Below are positions 16,076 to 29,563 of a stretch of DNA of 64,000 bases, piece after piece. This stretch comes from the human T2T-CHM13v2.0 reference genome, Homo sapiens. The stretch lies in the NCBI RefSeq assembly GCF_009914755.1, contig NC_060930.1. One strand, given 5' to 3'. Each line of letters begins with the position of its first letter. Within the stretch, counting starts at the first letter, position 1. The notes under the pieces are model-generated. The model saw only the letters and a list, made by a program, of their open reading frames with translations, made no database searches and was not told the origin of the DNA. The translations under genes and the position numbers were made by a program.

Positions 16076-16561
16076 GAAAATAGTAATTTTTAAAGTTGGA
16101 ACACTTGGCCTGAATGGGAAACTGGTAAATAACCTGCTAGGTATTTTTCAAAGATAAGCAGGATTCTAATTTCTAAGCAATTAGTAGCTCCCAAGAATCT
16201 CATTTGCATTCGATATTTCATGTTTAACAGAATCACCACAATGTAATCTAGTTTTTCTCCTATTGCAGCATATGTCAGGAAAGCACTTCATATAGGTGAA
16301 CAACTAGGCTTAGTTTTCAGTGGAAAAAGATGCTTTATTTTTTTCAAATATTATGAAGTAGACAAGAAACAATAAACATGCTCAAATTAATATAAAGCAT
16401 GGATTGGATAAATCTCTCAAATAATTTGATGTGGCATCTGCACTCCTCAAATGAGAGACAGTACAATCAGCCTGCCTTTACTCCCAACATCCTTATTTCT
16501 AAACTCAGTAATAAATCCTCTGTGGCAATAGGATTTGACAATTCGATATTGTACGTCTCGT

Positions 16562-16580
16562 TAGCGCCACCTACTGAGTG
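16562..16580 (-). promoter_or_regulatory. Candidate CTCF binding site
   Basis: Minus strand reads CACTCAGTAGGTGGCGCTA, close to the CTCF core consensus; local CpG retention in AT-rich DNA. Confidence 0.6.
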
Positions 16581-17650
16581 CTGGTCACATTTTGTAAATC
16601 TCAGTTAAAAATCACTGGCTGAAAATGCAGAAGGAACCAAATCAAAGTAACAAAAGGATGACAATAGAATGATTACATCTCCAGCTTTTTATTTTCATCA
16701 ATGCTATTTAAGTATAGGTACAGTTACCAGAGCAGTGAATGTCATGTCAGAAAAAGAATTAATTATAAATTACATTTATATAAATATGATAATTTGATTA
16801 AAAGAGGATTTACATTGACAAAAGCAAATATTAAGCCATACCTGCCTTACCCATCTCACAAAGTTATAACAAAAATTATACAAAATAATTTATGTGAAAA
16901 ATCCTTGGGAACCACAAAACATTAAAAAATGTAAAAGCATTATTCCATAATGCAATAGCATTTTCATTTTATAATTTTTTTCAAAAATTTTTTAAATGCT
17001 ACAACTAAATTTATGATACATGCTAGATGCTACTTTTAGGCTCAATTAAGCTTAGCATTTGGAAAAGCTGAAATATATACTTTCAAAGGATGGAAATTTT
17101 CTACACTATATGATTTAGAATCTCTTTTATATTGTTTTCTCATTCCTATAAAATAGACAAGCTATTTTATAGCCTAAAGTCATATTTATTTTTCAGTTCT
17201 GAAAATAGATTGAATCATACACACTGAGAGTGGCATATGAAGACTTCATTAATAAAAATAAAGTTGGTGATTCAAACTTCTGGTTTTGCTGAAACTGCTA
17301 AAGGATTCATGAATCGCATGAGGAACTTAATGTGGTTAAGTATCAAGTTTATTGACATTCAACTGTTGGTGAGGTTTATAAAATAGATTTATTCTATATA
17401 AGAGATGTTCCTCTCACAAGCTTTGACTCTTTCATCACCTTTCTGTAGGTCTTGACTGAAATAATAAAACAATATAAAATAATTAAAAATAAAAATGAAG
17501 TGATTCCATGTATCTGAATAAATATATTCACTACATTTAGTCTTTCTATCATATACATAGTGCAGGTGGAACACAAGCTTTCAAGAATCAAATGATGCTC
17601 ACTTTGAATGTTTTCTTATCCACAATAGACAAGAATATCAAGCAGCCTTA

Positions 17651-17728
17651 CCAAATTTGGAAGCAACTATTTAGTTGCTTTACAGATATTTATTTACAGA
17701 TATTTATTTACAGATATTTATCTGTAAA
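17651..17728. repeat. Cluster of three adjacent palindromes plus a 3x14-bp tandem repeat
   Basis: CCAAATTTGG; AAGCAACTA-tt-TAGTTGCTT; (TTTACAGATATTTA)x3 whose last unit closes TTTACAGATA-tt-TATCTGTAAA. Confidence 0.9.
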
Positions 17729-18699
17729 CCTCTAAATGATTGTCATAAACATAAAAGATAACTGCCTGAAATGTTACCTTTTCATAGACTAGGCTTTGAC
17801 ATTTTGTAAATATAAATGTAGCCAAAATATTGAAGTCAATCCAACTTCCCACATGCAAATATATTAATGTGTAACAGAAATCATCCTTTTGCCCAATTCC
17901 CCCTACGTGGCATCTTTATGTCCATCCCCCAATCCCCCAGGGGTTTCTCAGCATGAAGAGCCCAATTACAAAATAGGAAAAGCGCCACTCAAAGCCTATA
18001 TATACATGCAGCTGCAAAGTGTTCTGGAGAGGTTAAAAGACTGATATGAATTTGGCCCACTGCATATAACCTGGAGCAATATTGCCAGAAAAGAGGATTT
18101 GAATGAGCCCAGGTTGGAAAAATAAATTACCTTTATGCCTTGAAGGCAATCTCCATGGGTCAAGGCTAATGCCTTTTTCTTTGCTATTGTGTGAGATAAT
18201 CATCTCTATCACCTTTTTTTCTTTTCATTTTTTTTAAATAACTAGGTGGTTTTGACATTTTTGTGGTTGGTAATCTAATACTTTTTCACAAATTTTCTTT
18301 CAGGAAATAGAAAATTTTTTCAGTAATTGAATGAGAATGATGGATCATGCTAATAAATGTCTTTCTCAAAACCTGTCATAACTTTAAATCAAAGTCAGGG
18401 TATTAATATGAGACTCCTATATTCCTCATATTTATTTCATGTCAGCATGTGCCTAGCTGATGTCAACAGCAGAGGAAAATAACATCAGGGTTCAAGAAAT
18501 GTGGTACCGTTAACATTTACATGACGTATTGACTTGATAATGAACATCAGTAAACATTTCAGCCAAATATAAATAAAAATGTATTTGTGTCTATAACTAT
18601 ATTTAATATACAGAAACTTTAAGGAGAAAAACAAGTGAGCCTTGAGAGTAAAGGTGGTAACATAACACATAATTGTGGTAATGGTCAATGCAATTTAAT

Positions 18700-18900
18700 G
18701 ATTAGAGTTTATGAGCCAGATATCAAGCTGCTAATTTACTTTCATTATCTCTTATCATATTCATAGCAACACTATGAACTCCATATTATTATTCCCATTT
18801 TACAGATGACAAAACTAAATCTAGAGCAGTAAAATAATATTTTCAAGCCCACTCAGCTAGATAGTGACAGTAAAGAGAACTGAAACTTAGCAGATCTCTA
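18700..18900 (-). mobile_element. MIR
   Basis: MIR core 'attattattcccattttacagatgacaaaact'. Confidence 0.7.
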
Positions 18901-19789
18901 ATCAATAAGTCATACATATTGGCAAGAAGCTAAATCTGCAAAGATTGAGAGAGACTTTTTTCTAATTCACTCAGAGTGATTGTTTGCTCACGAAGCTGTG
19001 TGCCTTCAGGACTTTCTGCTCAAATCGACTGGTTTTTCTAATTTATGCAAATACGTCAAGTGACCTCATATTAGCCTGTGTGTTGCCAAATGTTCTAAAA
19101 TTTCAAAAAGTTTGCTTTTACTCAGTTGACCAGGAATGAGATCATAGAGAAAAGAAATTTAAATTTAACCTAAAAAATAAATAGGATTTTAATGGGGAAG
19201 ATGGAGAGTATAGTGGGAGGGTAAAAGAGGATCTTTTTAGAACATGCAAAGGATCCACATGCAGAAAAAAATAAGGCCTATTTGAGGTATAGGAGTTAGG
19301 ATTGGCTGAAGCATAGATTTTCTAGCAAGATGGGAGATCGGACTAGAAAGGCCAACGTGTGGAACACTCAGAATGCTAAGTTAAGGTGTGTAGTCAATGG
19401 TCATGAAGCTGTGGAGAATTAGGAAGGAAACAACAGAGTCAAAAATAGGATTATTACTCTGGTGCTGGGTGTAGATATTTTTGAGCAGGTAATATGACAA
19501 TAAGAAGACAATGGAGAAACTTTTAAGGCTAGACCTACACTACACTACACTACACTAGTGTAGAAGTGGTGGAAATGGAGAAGAGAGGTAATCTATCACT
19601 AGACATGCAAGTATTATTCTTTCTTCCCGTGAACAATAGTTGTTTTTCAGTTCCTAGATTTAATGTTTGCTCCTGTGGTCATCAAATTTAAACACTAAAA
19701 TGTTTTGGAATTTGATATAGTTGTGAAAATTATCTAATGACTTTGAATTATGATTTTAAGAGTTCAATCAAAGAATGAACTTTAATACC

Positions 19790-20160
19790 TGATATGCTTT
19801 GGCTGTGTCCCCATCCAAATCTCATCTTGAATTGTAATTCCCACAATTTCCACGTGTTGTGGGAGGAACCCGGTGGGAGGTCATTAAATTATGAGGGTGG
19901 GTCTTTCCTGCACTGTTCTCTGATAGTGAATTAGTCTCATGAGAACTGATGGTTTTAAAAATGGGAGTTTCCCTGCACAAGCTCTCTTTTTTTACCTGCC
20001 GCCATCCCCATAAGATGTGACTTACTCCTGCTTGTCTTCCACCATGATTGTGAGGCTTCCCCAGCCATTTGGTACTGTAAGTCCAATTAAACCTCTTTCT
20101 TTTGTAAATTGCCCAGTCTTGGGTATGTCTTTATCAGCAGCATGACAATGGACTAAAACA
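19790..20160 (+). mobile_element. THE1B-type solo LTR
   Basis: 'tgatatgctttggctgtgtcccc...gactaaaaca'; TSD ATACC (19785-19789 / 20161-20165). Confidence 0.92.
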
Positions 20161-22804
20161 ATACCCCTTCTTCTCTTCACCCTCTTAGTCTCCCAAAAAG
20201 ATACCCAAACACATATACCCACATCGACACAAAAATACCTCTTCAGCCTACAGTTACTGTAGGATGCAGTATATAGAATGTTTGGCTCTAAGAGGGTATG
20301 TAGAGTTATTAACATCTTGTTTGGACACAAATAGAGGCCCTCAAGGAGCTCTATTTTCAGAGACTTTTAGGAAGAACTCAAGGATAAATTACTAGGACCA
20401 TACATCCACTAATAGCAGTATTGAAACCCTACAAGGGTATTGATGCTTTTGAGTACTGACATCTTGACAATCAAGAGAAATCCCTTATATCATATCTGTG
20501 ATATCATTTGATTCCCAACTGTTCTGTCTACCAAATTCAGGGAATTCTTCCCAGCAGAGTCTTCCTTTTTGTAAAGATCTTTTTGTATCATTTGACAACT
20601 GATAAGCAATTTTTAGCCAGGTATTATTTAGGCACATTCTTTTTATTTCTTACCTATTCATGTTTCCGTTAAAATTTGTTATAAATTTTTGCCAACTGAT
20701 TTATTGGTATAAATCATCTTTCAGCTTATTATTACTGTAAATGTTATTCACTGTTAAACAAATAAGCCATAATTATTATCATTGTCATTAGCATAATTGC
20801 TTTTTACCAATTATTAACTCCTGCTAGTATGATCATGATTAATATTATTAGAAATCTGCCACCTCACTGAAAATGTTAAGAAATCCTATGTTTATTTTAT
20901 AGATAAAAACTATTATTAAAAACTTGTAGCACCTTAAACTCATGTCTTAAATTGTTTCCATTCCAATCCCAATAACATAAATAATAGGACTGGCTTCCAT
21001 TTATTTGTGTGTACAATAATGCTTGCGATGATAAGGTCACTGAAGGTCACCAAGACATTTACAGGAGCTTTCACTACACCTTGAAAAGTATATAGCCCAA
21101 ACATATAGAGCTAGAGAAATCACTTCTTTTGGAACTACCAGAAAATATGTGATGGATTTAATAGTTTTAGTTCATATGACTCCAAAAAGTCAAATAATTG
21201 TAGTTAGCAGCATATTAACATAATCACCTCACATATAGTTTTATATTTTACCAGCTCCAATAAATCTACACCCCTAGATCTATATTAATATTTTAAATAT
21301 AAATTAGCACATCTCAATACTTAATAAGTAGAAATTCAAGGAATAATGGACATTAAATTTTCTTATAAAAGGGAGCAAAGGTGTCTTATAAATTAGGTGT
21401 TCACTACAGGGAAAGGCATTAATCAGCTTTCAAAAGCTAAATTTGTCTCAAGCTCATTATTATTCAAAGCAGTGAATTTTCTCTGGTAACATGTCACAGA
21501 GGGAATAAGGAACGGAAATTCTAATGATAGCCCAGCAATTTACCATGAGGTTTTAATTAATTAATCTGGAGTTTATGCACATAAGACTGATTATATGAAC
21601 CAAAGTTCAGTTCTACAAGTATTTCCCAAATTAAAGGAATGCTACATATTTCAATAATGTCAAATATGAAAAAATCGTACAAAATATGATTCAGTATATA
21701 CCAAAATTAAGAAGCAGTTATAGTATACTTCTTTGCCAAACAAGGCAATCATTAATTTTTCTCACACTAAAGTACACAACAAAAGTATTTACAATTTATC
21801 ATTACATCCAACATTGAAAAATGATAACAAAGTGATGACTTATATAATTTATATTGATGAAAATTGGGATGACATGAGGAATAAGCACTGACAAAGGTGT
21901 AGTATTAAACCTGGGCTTTCTGAGTTTGACTCTTGTTACAAATAATTTCACAAAAACCATTGATTATTAGATGTATATGTCCCTACACAGAAAAAAAGAA
22001 AAGAAAACTGGGCATGCACAAATTTTAAAATCAGTATTTTCCAGAAAGATGAGTATAATTTTCCTACCAATAAATCTAATTGATCCAGTTCTGGTGCCAT
22101 AATGTTCATTAACTCCTTTGGTATTAAAGTGATTGGAAATAACATAAAAACCTGAGCATGTTGAATGGTATATGCTAACAGTCCAGTTCTAATACACTTA
22201 TATTTGTGGTCATTACTAACAACATTATTCACATACACATAGCCAACCTTAATGCAAACGTTTCACATTTGCTAATGACAGTTTTTGATTACTTCAGAAG
22301 AGAGGTCCCCAAGTTAGGTTTATATGATGCAGATTGTCTCATAATCGAAGAACCTGTTAATTGAAGAATCACACTTATATCCCTTCAGTTTTAGCTAGGA
22401 ACATCTGAAGGACTGATGACTAAGTTGCCTAGAGCTATCATTTTTTGAATTTCAGAAGGCACTGTGCTAGTTGCCTCTGCTTCTACACTTTCTCTATAAC
22501 CTTTCTTTCTCTTTAAGCTCTTACTCAGCAGGCATGAAATGTATTTAGGAACACATGTATTATAAAAGTCTTTCAGATTAAAAATAGAAAACATTTACAG
22601 AATTGTTAAGACGATAGAAGGTTGTGGTTAAGAAACCCATGGAAGGAAGGACATAGAAATCATCTTAGCAGTTGTACAACTTTTTATCTCAGTACTTCTA
22701 ATTGGCCTATGTCAAGTCTCACAAAGGGTGAGAGTAGCAGATTGTCAGCATTCAGAATACAGCATTCTCTTATTTGTGTGTGTCTTACATTCATGCTCCC
22801 CAAG

Positions 22805-23220
22805 TGTATTAGATTGGGTCCATAGGAAAAGATTCTGAGATAATAAGCTCTCTGCAGAAAGTTTATTGAAAAGTATTCTCAGGAGTTGCCTGCGTAAAGA
22901 AATGTGGAAGGCAGGACTGAACAGAAACACCTGCAATGTCATTGCAACTGAAGTCTTAGGCAATGCCAAGGGCAGCCCTGCAAATGGAATGGACTCTGAG
23001 TATTGTTCTGAATTGAGATGGGAGTAGGCTCTATAGCACCACATCAGCCAGTTACTGGTTATGCGTCAGCCTCTAGGAAATGACATAAGCTGGCTGAAAC
23101 ATTTCCCTGCAATGGAGGGCTATGCTCAGTGAGTGAAATAGTTGTACACTGTCAGCAGCCAATATTCCCAGCAGCAGAGAAATGGCACTTAGGTGAAGGA
23201 TCAGAGCATTCACCACACCA
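22805..23220. mobile_element. LTR16-like ERVL LTR
   Basis: 'gattctgagat...gaaagtttattg' and 'gtcagcagccaatattcccagcagc' resemble recalled LTR16. Confidence 0.55.
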
Positions 23221-23509
23221 GGATGGGACATATGACTGGGTCAGGATACCCCCATCTAAATAGGACCATATCATTAGGCTTGGCTTATTATACCAAGCCT
23301 ATTCATGGTTGCCATTGGCTGGTGCCCCAGGAGCTGGTCCAACCAGTTAATTCCAAGTAAATTGGTCTGTTCTCACCCAAAACATAAAGTGTGAAGGATT
23401 GCCAAGGACTCTAGGTGTGGCAGGGATGTAAAGGTTTACAAACTCATCTTCAACATAACAAATTACCAACTTCTCAATAACAACACAGAAACAGCAACAA
23501 TATAATAAT

Positions 23510-23720
23510 ATTTTATGTTAATTTGGTATTTACAGTCTAGATACTATGCTAAATACTTTACACAATTTATCTCATTTAATCTTAACGGGAACCCTATGAG
23601 GTGTTATTATTTTACTGTTACAGACGGAAAATTGAAACCCAGAAAAATGCAGAAAATGTATCCAATACAATAAAAATAATAAGTCATAGACCTTGAAACA
23701 AAGAGTTTCAGAGTCTTTCG
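23510..23720 (-). mobile_element. MIR
   Basis: 'tctcatttaatctt...accctatgagg...ttacagacggaaaattgaa'. Confidence 0.65.
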
Positions 23721-23792
23721 TTTTAAGAATTTTACTAAACAACCCACAGAGTCTGGCTTATTAATGACCGTATACTACTTGTCACTTGCATG

Positions 23793-23972
23793 GAAATCTG
23801 TTGGCTTCATTTTAAGTATAAATCATTTTAAGTATAAAGTCATATGTACTATATTACAAATATTGCAAAAATTGACATTGTACTTGTTGGATTTGAAATC
23901 TGTTGGCTTAATTTTAAGTAAAGTATAAAGCCATATGTACTATATTACAAATATTGCAAAATTGACATTGTA
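23793..23972. repeat. Local tandem duplication of ~80-90 bp
   Basis: 'gaaatctgttggctt...catatgtactatattacaaatattgcaaaa(a)ttgacattgta' at 23793-23882 and 23895-23972. Confidence 0.9.
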
Positions 23973-24805
23973 TTTATTCAGAGGTCCTATATCCAATGAT
24001 CTTAACTCTTAAGAACATTATTGAGAACCACAAGACCAGTTTAAGAGACTTTTGTGTTCTGGTAGAAATGGAATAATGGGGATTGAATAATCTCTCCTGC
24101 CCTAAACAACTAGATGATTGGACAAAACCTATAACAATCATTATAAAAGATGAGACTGCTGTTGGAAAGCAAGTATCATGGGACTGTAATCTCTGAGAAA
24201 AAGGAAACAAATTGAGTGAGCCCTGAATGCATCAGCTTACTCCAGAGGCAGTTTCACACCACCTTTTAGGAAGATGGGACCCTAACAGAGCCCAGTGGTC
24301 TCACTGAATTGAAGAACCAGAGATCAACGTTGGAGGAATAAAGATGGTTAGAATTTGCTAAGAGGAATATGGTACTATAGAGGTAGAAGCTAAACAGGGA
24401 GAACTTCAGAGATCTGCAGAGGGGTCTACTTGAGGCTCTGAGTATTGACCTGTTCATGTGTGACAAGAAAACACCCAAGGCCAGAGAAACACTTAAAAAC
24501 ATTTGAAATACAAACAGGGCTGAAAGTAATTTGTGTCTCCAGAGCAGAGTGGAAAGACCTTGTAATGCAAGATCTATCCTGTAGAGTACTCACAAGTATG
24601 TTACCTTGGTTGTCAGCCTAAATTTGCCCTATGCGACAAGCTAATCTAAACCTACCTTACAAATACTTAAATAAAGCTTCAAAGATATCTACCTGATTCC
24701 TGCAGAATAAGTGCATGCCAGAACAAATTCTAACATTATTTAAAATTCAGCAAACAACAAAATAAAATTTACAACATCAGACATCCAGTCAAAAATTACC
24801 AGTTA

Positions 24806-27660
24806 CAGAGTTACCTCATTTTATCGTGTTTCATTTTATTGTCCTTTGCAGATACTGCATTTTTTACAAATTGAAGGTTGGTGTCAACCCTGCATCCAGC
24901 AAGTCCATCAGCACCATTTTCCCAATGGCATGTGCTCATTTTGTGTCTCTGTATCACATTTTGGGAATTCTCACAAAATTTCAAAAGTTTTCATGATTAT
25001 TACATCTTTTATGATGATCTGTGATGAGTGACTTTTGATGATACTACTGTAATTTTTTCAGGACACCTCGAAAACTGCCTATACAAAATGGTGACTTTCA
25101 TTGACAAATGTTGTGTGTGTTCTTACTGCTCTACCAATTGGCTGTTTCCCCACGTCTCTACATATCCTAGGGCTCCCTATTCCCTAAGACTGAACAATAT
25201 TGAAATTAGGCCAAATAATAACCCAACAAAGGCCTCTAAGTGTTCAAGCAAAAGAGTCACAGGTCTCTCACTTGAAATCAAAAGCTAGAAATGATTAAGC
25301 TTAGTGAAGAAAGCATGACCAAAGCCAAGACAGACTGAAAGCTCGACCTCTTGCTCTAGTTAGCCAAGCTGTGAATGTAAAGGAAAAATTCTTGAAGGAA
25401 ATTAAAAGTGCTACTCCGATTAATACAAGAATGATAAGAAAGAAACAATGCCTTATTGCTGACATGGGGAAAATTATAGTGGTCTGGATAGAAGATCAAA
25501 CTGTAACTCAGTAGCTTAGCTTCAAAACACATTTTAAAACCTTTTTTTTTCATTTTCTGTTTTCTCCCTAGTCTCAAGATGTAACCTTGAAGCAAACAAC
25601 AGAAACCTTTTATTCCCTCCTTAGCCTTAAAAAAATACGCTAAAACATACTTTAAAACTCTGTTTCCCTCCCTTTCCCACTCTACACTATGTTACACCAT
25701 GCACATTTACCTAACTATATACTTGTATTTAATTACGTGCTTACTTAGAAGTTCCAGTGGCTAATCTTGAGACAGACCAGGAATGGAGCCCAAGCTGCAA
25801 AATTCTAGAGATTACCTCAAGGTGGTAGTCAATATGCAGCCATTGTTGATATGATCCCAGACCACACTCCAGGTGGACCATGACTCAAGATAGCTACCAG
25901 AACAAGACACACAGACATTGTACCCAGCACTACTCCCCACATGCCTCTCATTCCCAGTTCCCTTTTTAAGCCCCTCTCCTCAGCATAAAGTTTGAAATGG
26001 TTCCTTTAAGGTATGAGCCTTGGCCATTTCTCCCACTGCTAGCTCTGGAATAAAGTCACTTTCCTTTCACCGCATTTTGTCCAAGTTACTGACTTTGCAA
26101 GAAGTGAGCAGCTGAGTTTGTATTCGGTTACAAAACCAGCCACAACATTCCCTTAAGCCAAAACCTAATCCAGAAAAATACCGTCTCTTCAGTCCTATGA
26201 AGGCTAAGAGAGCTAAAGAAGCTGCAAAAGAAAAGTTTGAGGCTAGCAGAGATTGGTTTATGAGGTTGGAGGAAAGAAGCCATAAAAATATACCTGGTAA
26301 TGCAAGATGGTATATCATCATACCATATCATCATACCATAAAAATGCAAGATGAAGTAGCAAGTGCTAATGTAGAAGCTATAGCAAGTTATGCAGAAGAT
26401 CTAAAATAATTGATGAAGGTGGCAACACAAAACAACAGATTTTCTATGTATATCAAACAGCTTTATACTGGGAAAAGATGCCATCTAAAACTTTCATAGC
26501 TAGAAAGAAGTCAATGCCTGGGTTCAATGCTTCAGCAGACAGGCCTGACTCTTGTTAGGAGCTAATACAGTTGGTAACTTAAAGTTGGAGCTAATATTCA
26601 TTTGGAATTCAAAAAATCCTGTAGCCCTTAAGAATTATGCTAAATCTACTCTGCCTGCATTCTATAAATAGAATCACAAAGCCTAGATGAGAGAATATCT
26701 GTTTACAGTATAGTTTACTGAATATTTTAAATGCACTATTGAGACTTACTGCTCAAAAAAAAAGGATTCCTTTCAAAGTATTATTGCTCATTGACAGTGC
26801 ACCTAGTCACTCAACAGCTCTGGTATAGAGGTACAAAGAGATTCATGTTGTTTCTATGCCTGCTAACACAATATCTGTTCTGCAGCCAATGGGAAAAGGA
26901 GTAATTTCAACTTTTAAGTCTTATTATATAAGGAATACATTTCATAAAGCTACAGATAGTGATTCTTCTGATAGATCTGGTCAAAGTAAATTGAAAATAT
27001 TTTGGAAAGAATTCATCATTCTAGATGCCATTAAGAATATTTGTGATTCATAGAAGGAGGTCAAAATATCAACAGGAATTTCAAAAGAAGTTGATTCCAA
27101 ACCTCATGGAAAACTATGAAAGTTTCAAGACTGCAGTAGAGGAAGTAACTGCAGATGGGATGGAAAGAGCAAGAGGATTAGAATTAGAAGTGGGGGGCCT
27201 GAAGATGTGACTGAATTGCTGTGATCTCATGATAAAACCAGGAGTTGCTTCTTATGGATGAGGAAAGAGAGTATTTCTTCAGATGCAATCTACTCCTGGT
27301 GAAAATGCTGTGAATATTGTTGAAATAACAACAAAGGATCTAGAATATCTCATTAACTTAGTACATAAAGCAGCAGCAGGGCTTGAGAAGATTGGCTCCA
27401 ATTTTGAAAGAAGTTCTATTGTGGGTAAAATACTGTCAAAAAGCATTGCATGCTACAGAGAGATCTTTTATGAAAGGAAGTCAGTTGATGTGGCTGACTT
27501 CATTGTCTTATACTAAGAAATTGCCACAGTCACCCCAACCTTCAGCAGCCAACATCCCAATCAGTCAGCAGCCATCTACATCAAGGCGAGACCCTCCACG
27601 GTGAAAATATTACAACTCCCTAAAGGCTGGGGTGATCATTAGCATTTTTAAACAATAAAC
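24806..27660 (+). mobile_element. Tigger1 DNA transposon (decayed transposase, right TIR missing), interrupted by an ERV1 LTR
   Basis: TA|CAG left end; ORF fragments resemble pogo/Tigger transposase (EKFEASRDWF; [23 protein letters not shown]). Confidence 0.92.
25502..26132 (+). mobile_element. ERV1-class (MER4-group-like) solo LTR inside Tigger1
   Basis: TGTAAC...GGTTACA termini; AATAAA near the 3' end; 4-bp TSD AAAC; Tigger1 is contiguous across it (gaagatcaaac|cagccac). Confidence 0.85.
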
Positions 27661-27661
27661 C

Positions 27662-27791
27662 ATTCAACTCTGACCCTGTAGCAAAAAGCAATCATAGACA
27701 ATATGTAAATGAAAGGATATGGCGAGGCTGCAATAAAACCTTATTTCACAAAAGAGGTGGCACACCCATAAGCCGTAGTTTGCCGAACCCC
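27662..27791. mobile_element. MER58A-like hAT fragment
   Basis: 'catagacaatatgtaaatgaa...caataaaac...gccgtagtttgccgaacccct'. Confidence 0.7.
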
Positions 27792-28299
27792 TTCCTAGAG
27801 CTAAAAATACCACATCGGATATTTTTTTAAAAGCCATAAATAGGATTAACTTCAGATGAGATTCTGTAGCAGAAGAGATTAGTGAAATTAACACGGTAAC
27901 TATTCACAATGAAATATAATGAGAACGAAGATGGAAAAGGAGGAATATAGAGAGGATCAGTTACCTTCGAAACCATATCAAGCAGTCTAGCCGAAAAATT
28001 GGAGTCCCTGAAGACAGAAAGGGGACAGAAAAAATATTTGAAAAAATAATGGCTGATTATTTTTCCCAAAATTTATTGAAAACAAACCCACAGATCAAGA
28101 CAGCTCCAGAAACCCCAAGAAGATGAGGAAAGTAGGCTTAGACTTGTTAGGTAATTTTTCCAAGACTTTTTTATTACAAGGTATGTACCAATTCATGTTT
28201 GTTGATTCAAGAACCCAAGTTTATACCTATTTGGTACACTTTCTCCCAAGCTTGCCAGAATGAGTCTAGTCTCCATAATAAGAGTGAAAATATTGTTTT

Positions 28300-28500
28300 T
28301 AGAGAAACCCATGTGTATCAGGCACTGTACAAGATATTATCTCATGTACTATCTCATTTGGTCACAACTTATCTAGTAGATAAGAATCATTTTCTCCATT
28401 TTACAGATGGAAGAACTGAAACTAGCAGAATTAACATTGTGTGTTTAAATAATTGCCAGTAAAGTAGGGGAAAAAATGCACTCTCAAGTCTTCTGTATTT
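28300..28500 (-). mobile_element. MIR
   Basis: 'ctccattttacagatggaagaactgaa'. Confidence 0.6.
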
Positions 28501-29346
28501 CCAGGCAGGGCTTTCCTATAGAGATATGTGGATGGCATATCCCCCGCCAAAAATAATAGCTGTAGATATGCGAACTATTCAAAAAAGAAATTGTTATATG
28601 TGTTATACAACTAGAAATCATGCAGTTTAGGAATATTTGAAATATGAACTCATTGAAAAGAAGGAAAATAAGACCTTCAATTTAACCATTAGGTCAGGCA
28701 ATTGCTGGCACATCTAAATTACTGACAATAAATCTCAGAGCAAGTACAATACTTCTAAGTATGGTTATAAGAATTAGAATCATAAAACCATAGAATTGTG
28801 AAATTACTTACACATCATAGAATCCAATCCCTTCTTTTTGGAGAAATGGAAACATACCCCAGAAGGTTAAATCATTTGCCCAAAATAACATGATTGGTTG
28901 TTGACCCTTTCTACTAAGCCATCCCCAGTTCCACTCCAGAAAATATAAATTATTCATGCAGAAAGACAAACTTAATTTTGGCAGGTCAGAGATTTCAGAA
29001 AGATGTGAATTGGCTAAGGGTTGTGATTTATGAATCTAGGCAGCTATTCAGATTGCCTTATCTCAGCTGTCCCTCTGTGAAACATACCATTCTGAGTACC
29101 TAAATTGACCTCTATTCAACCCCACTTTACCATCATTGGGTATGTCATGAGAAGAAGGGTAAATTACTCTGACCCAATGCAAAATACTGAGAATCAAAAA
29201 ATGGTAGAGAGGAAACATATATAGAGATTACTTCCCCTTGTTTTCCAGATGTAAAATAAGCCAAGACAGTTTGTGACCATACTCTGAAGGATTAAATATA
29301 AATCATCCTTTATTTTAAGCAAATTATCAGCAGCATACATTTCAAC

Positions 29347-29563
29347 CATATACACATATACATGTGCATGCATATACACATATACATGTGCATGCATATA
29401 CACATATACATGTGCATGCATATACACATATACATGTGCATGCATATACACATATACATGTGCATGCATATACACATATACATGTGCATGCATATACACA
29501 TATACATGTGCATGCATATACACATATACATGTGCATGCATATACACATATACATACATACAC
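29347..29563. repeat. Perfect 24-bp VNTR (CATATACACATATACATGTGCATG)x8 plus a partial unit
   Basis: Eight identical units at 29347-29538, then a partial unit; strict purine/pyrimidine alternation. Confidence 0.97.

Noticed and set aside
26197-27604. Transposase-like ORFs as a domesticated TIGD-type gene
   Set aside because: Fragmented by stops, frameshifts and an LTR insertion; an ordinary Tigger1 fossil.
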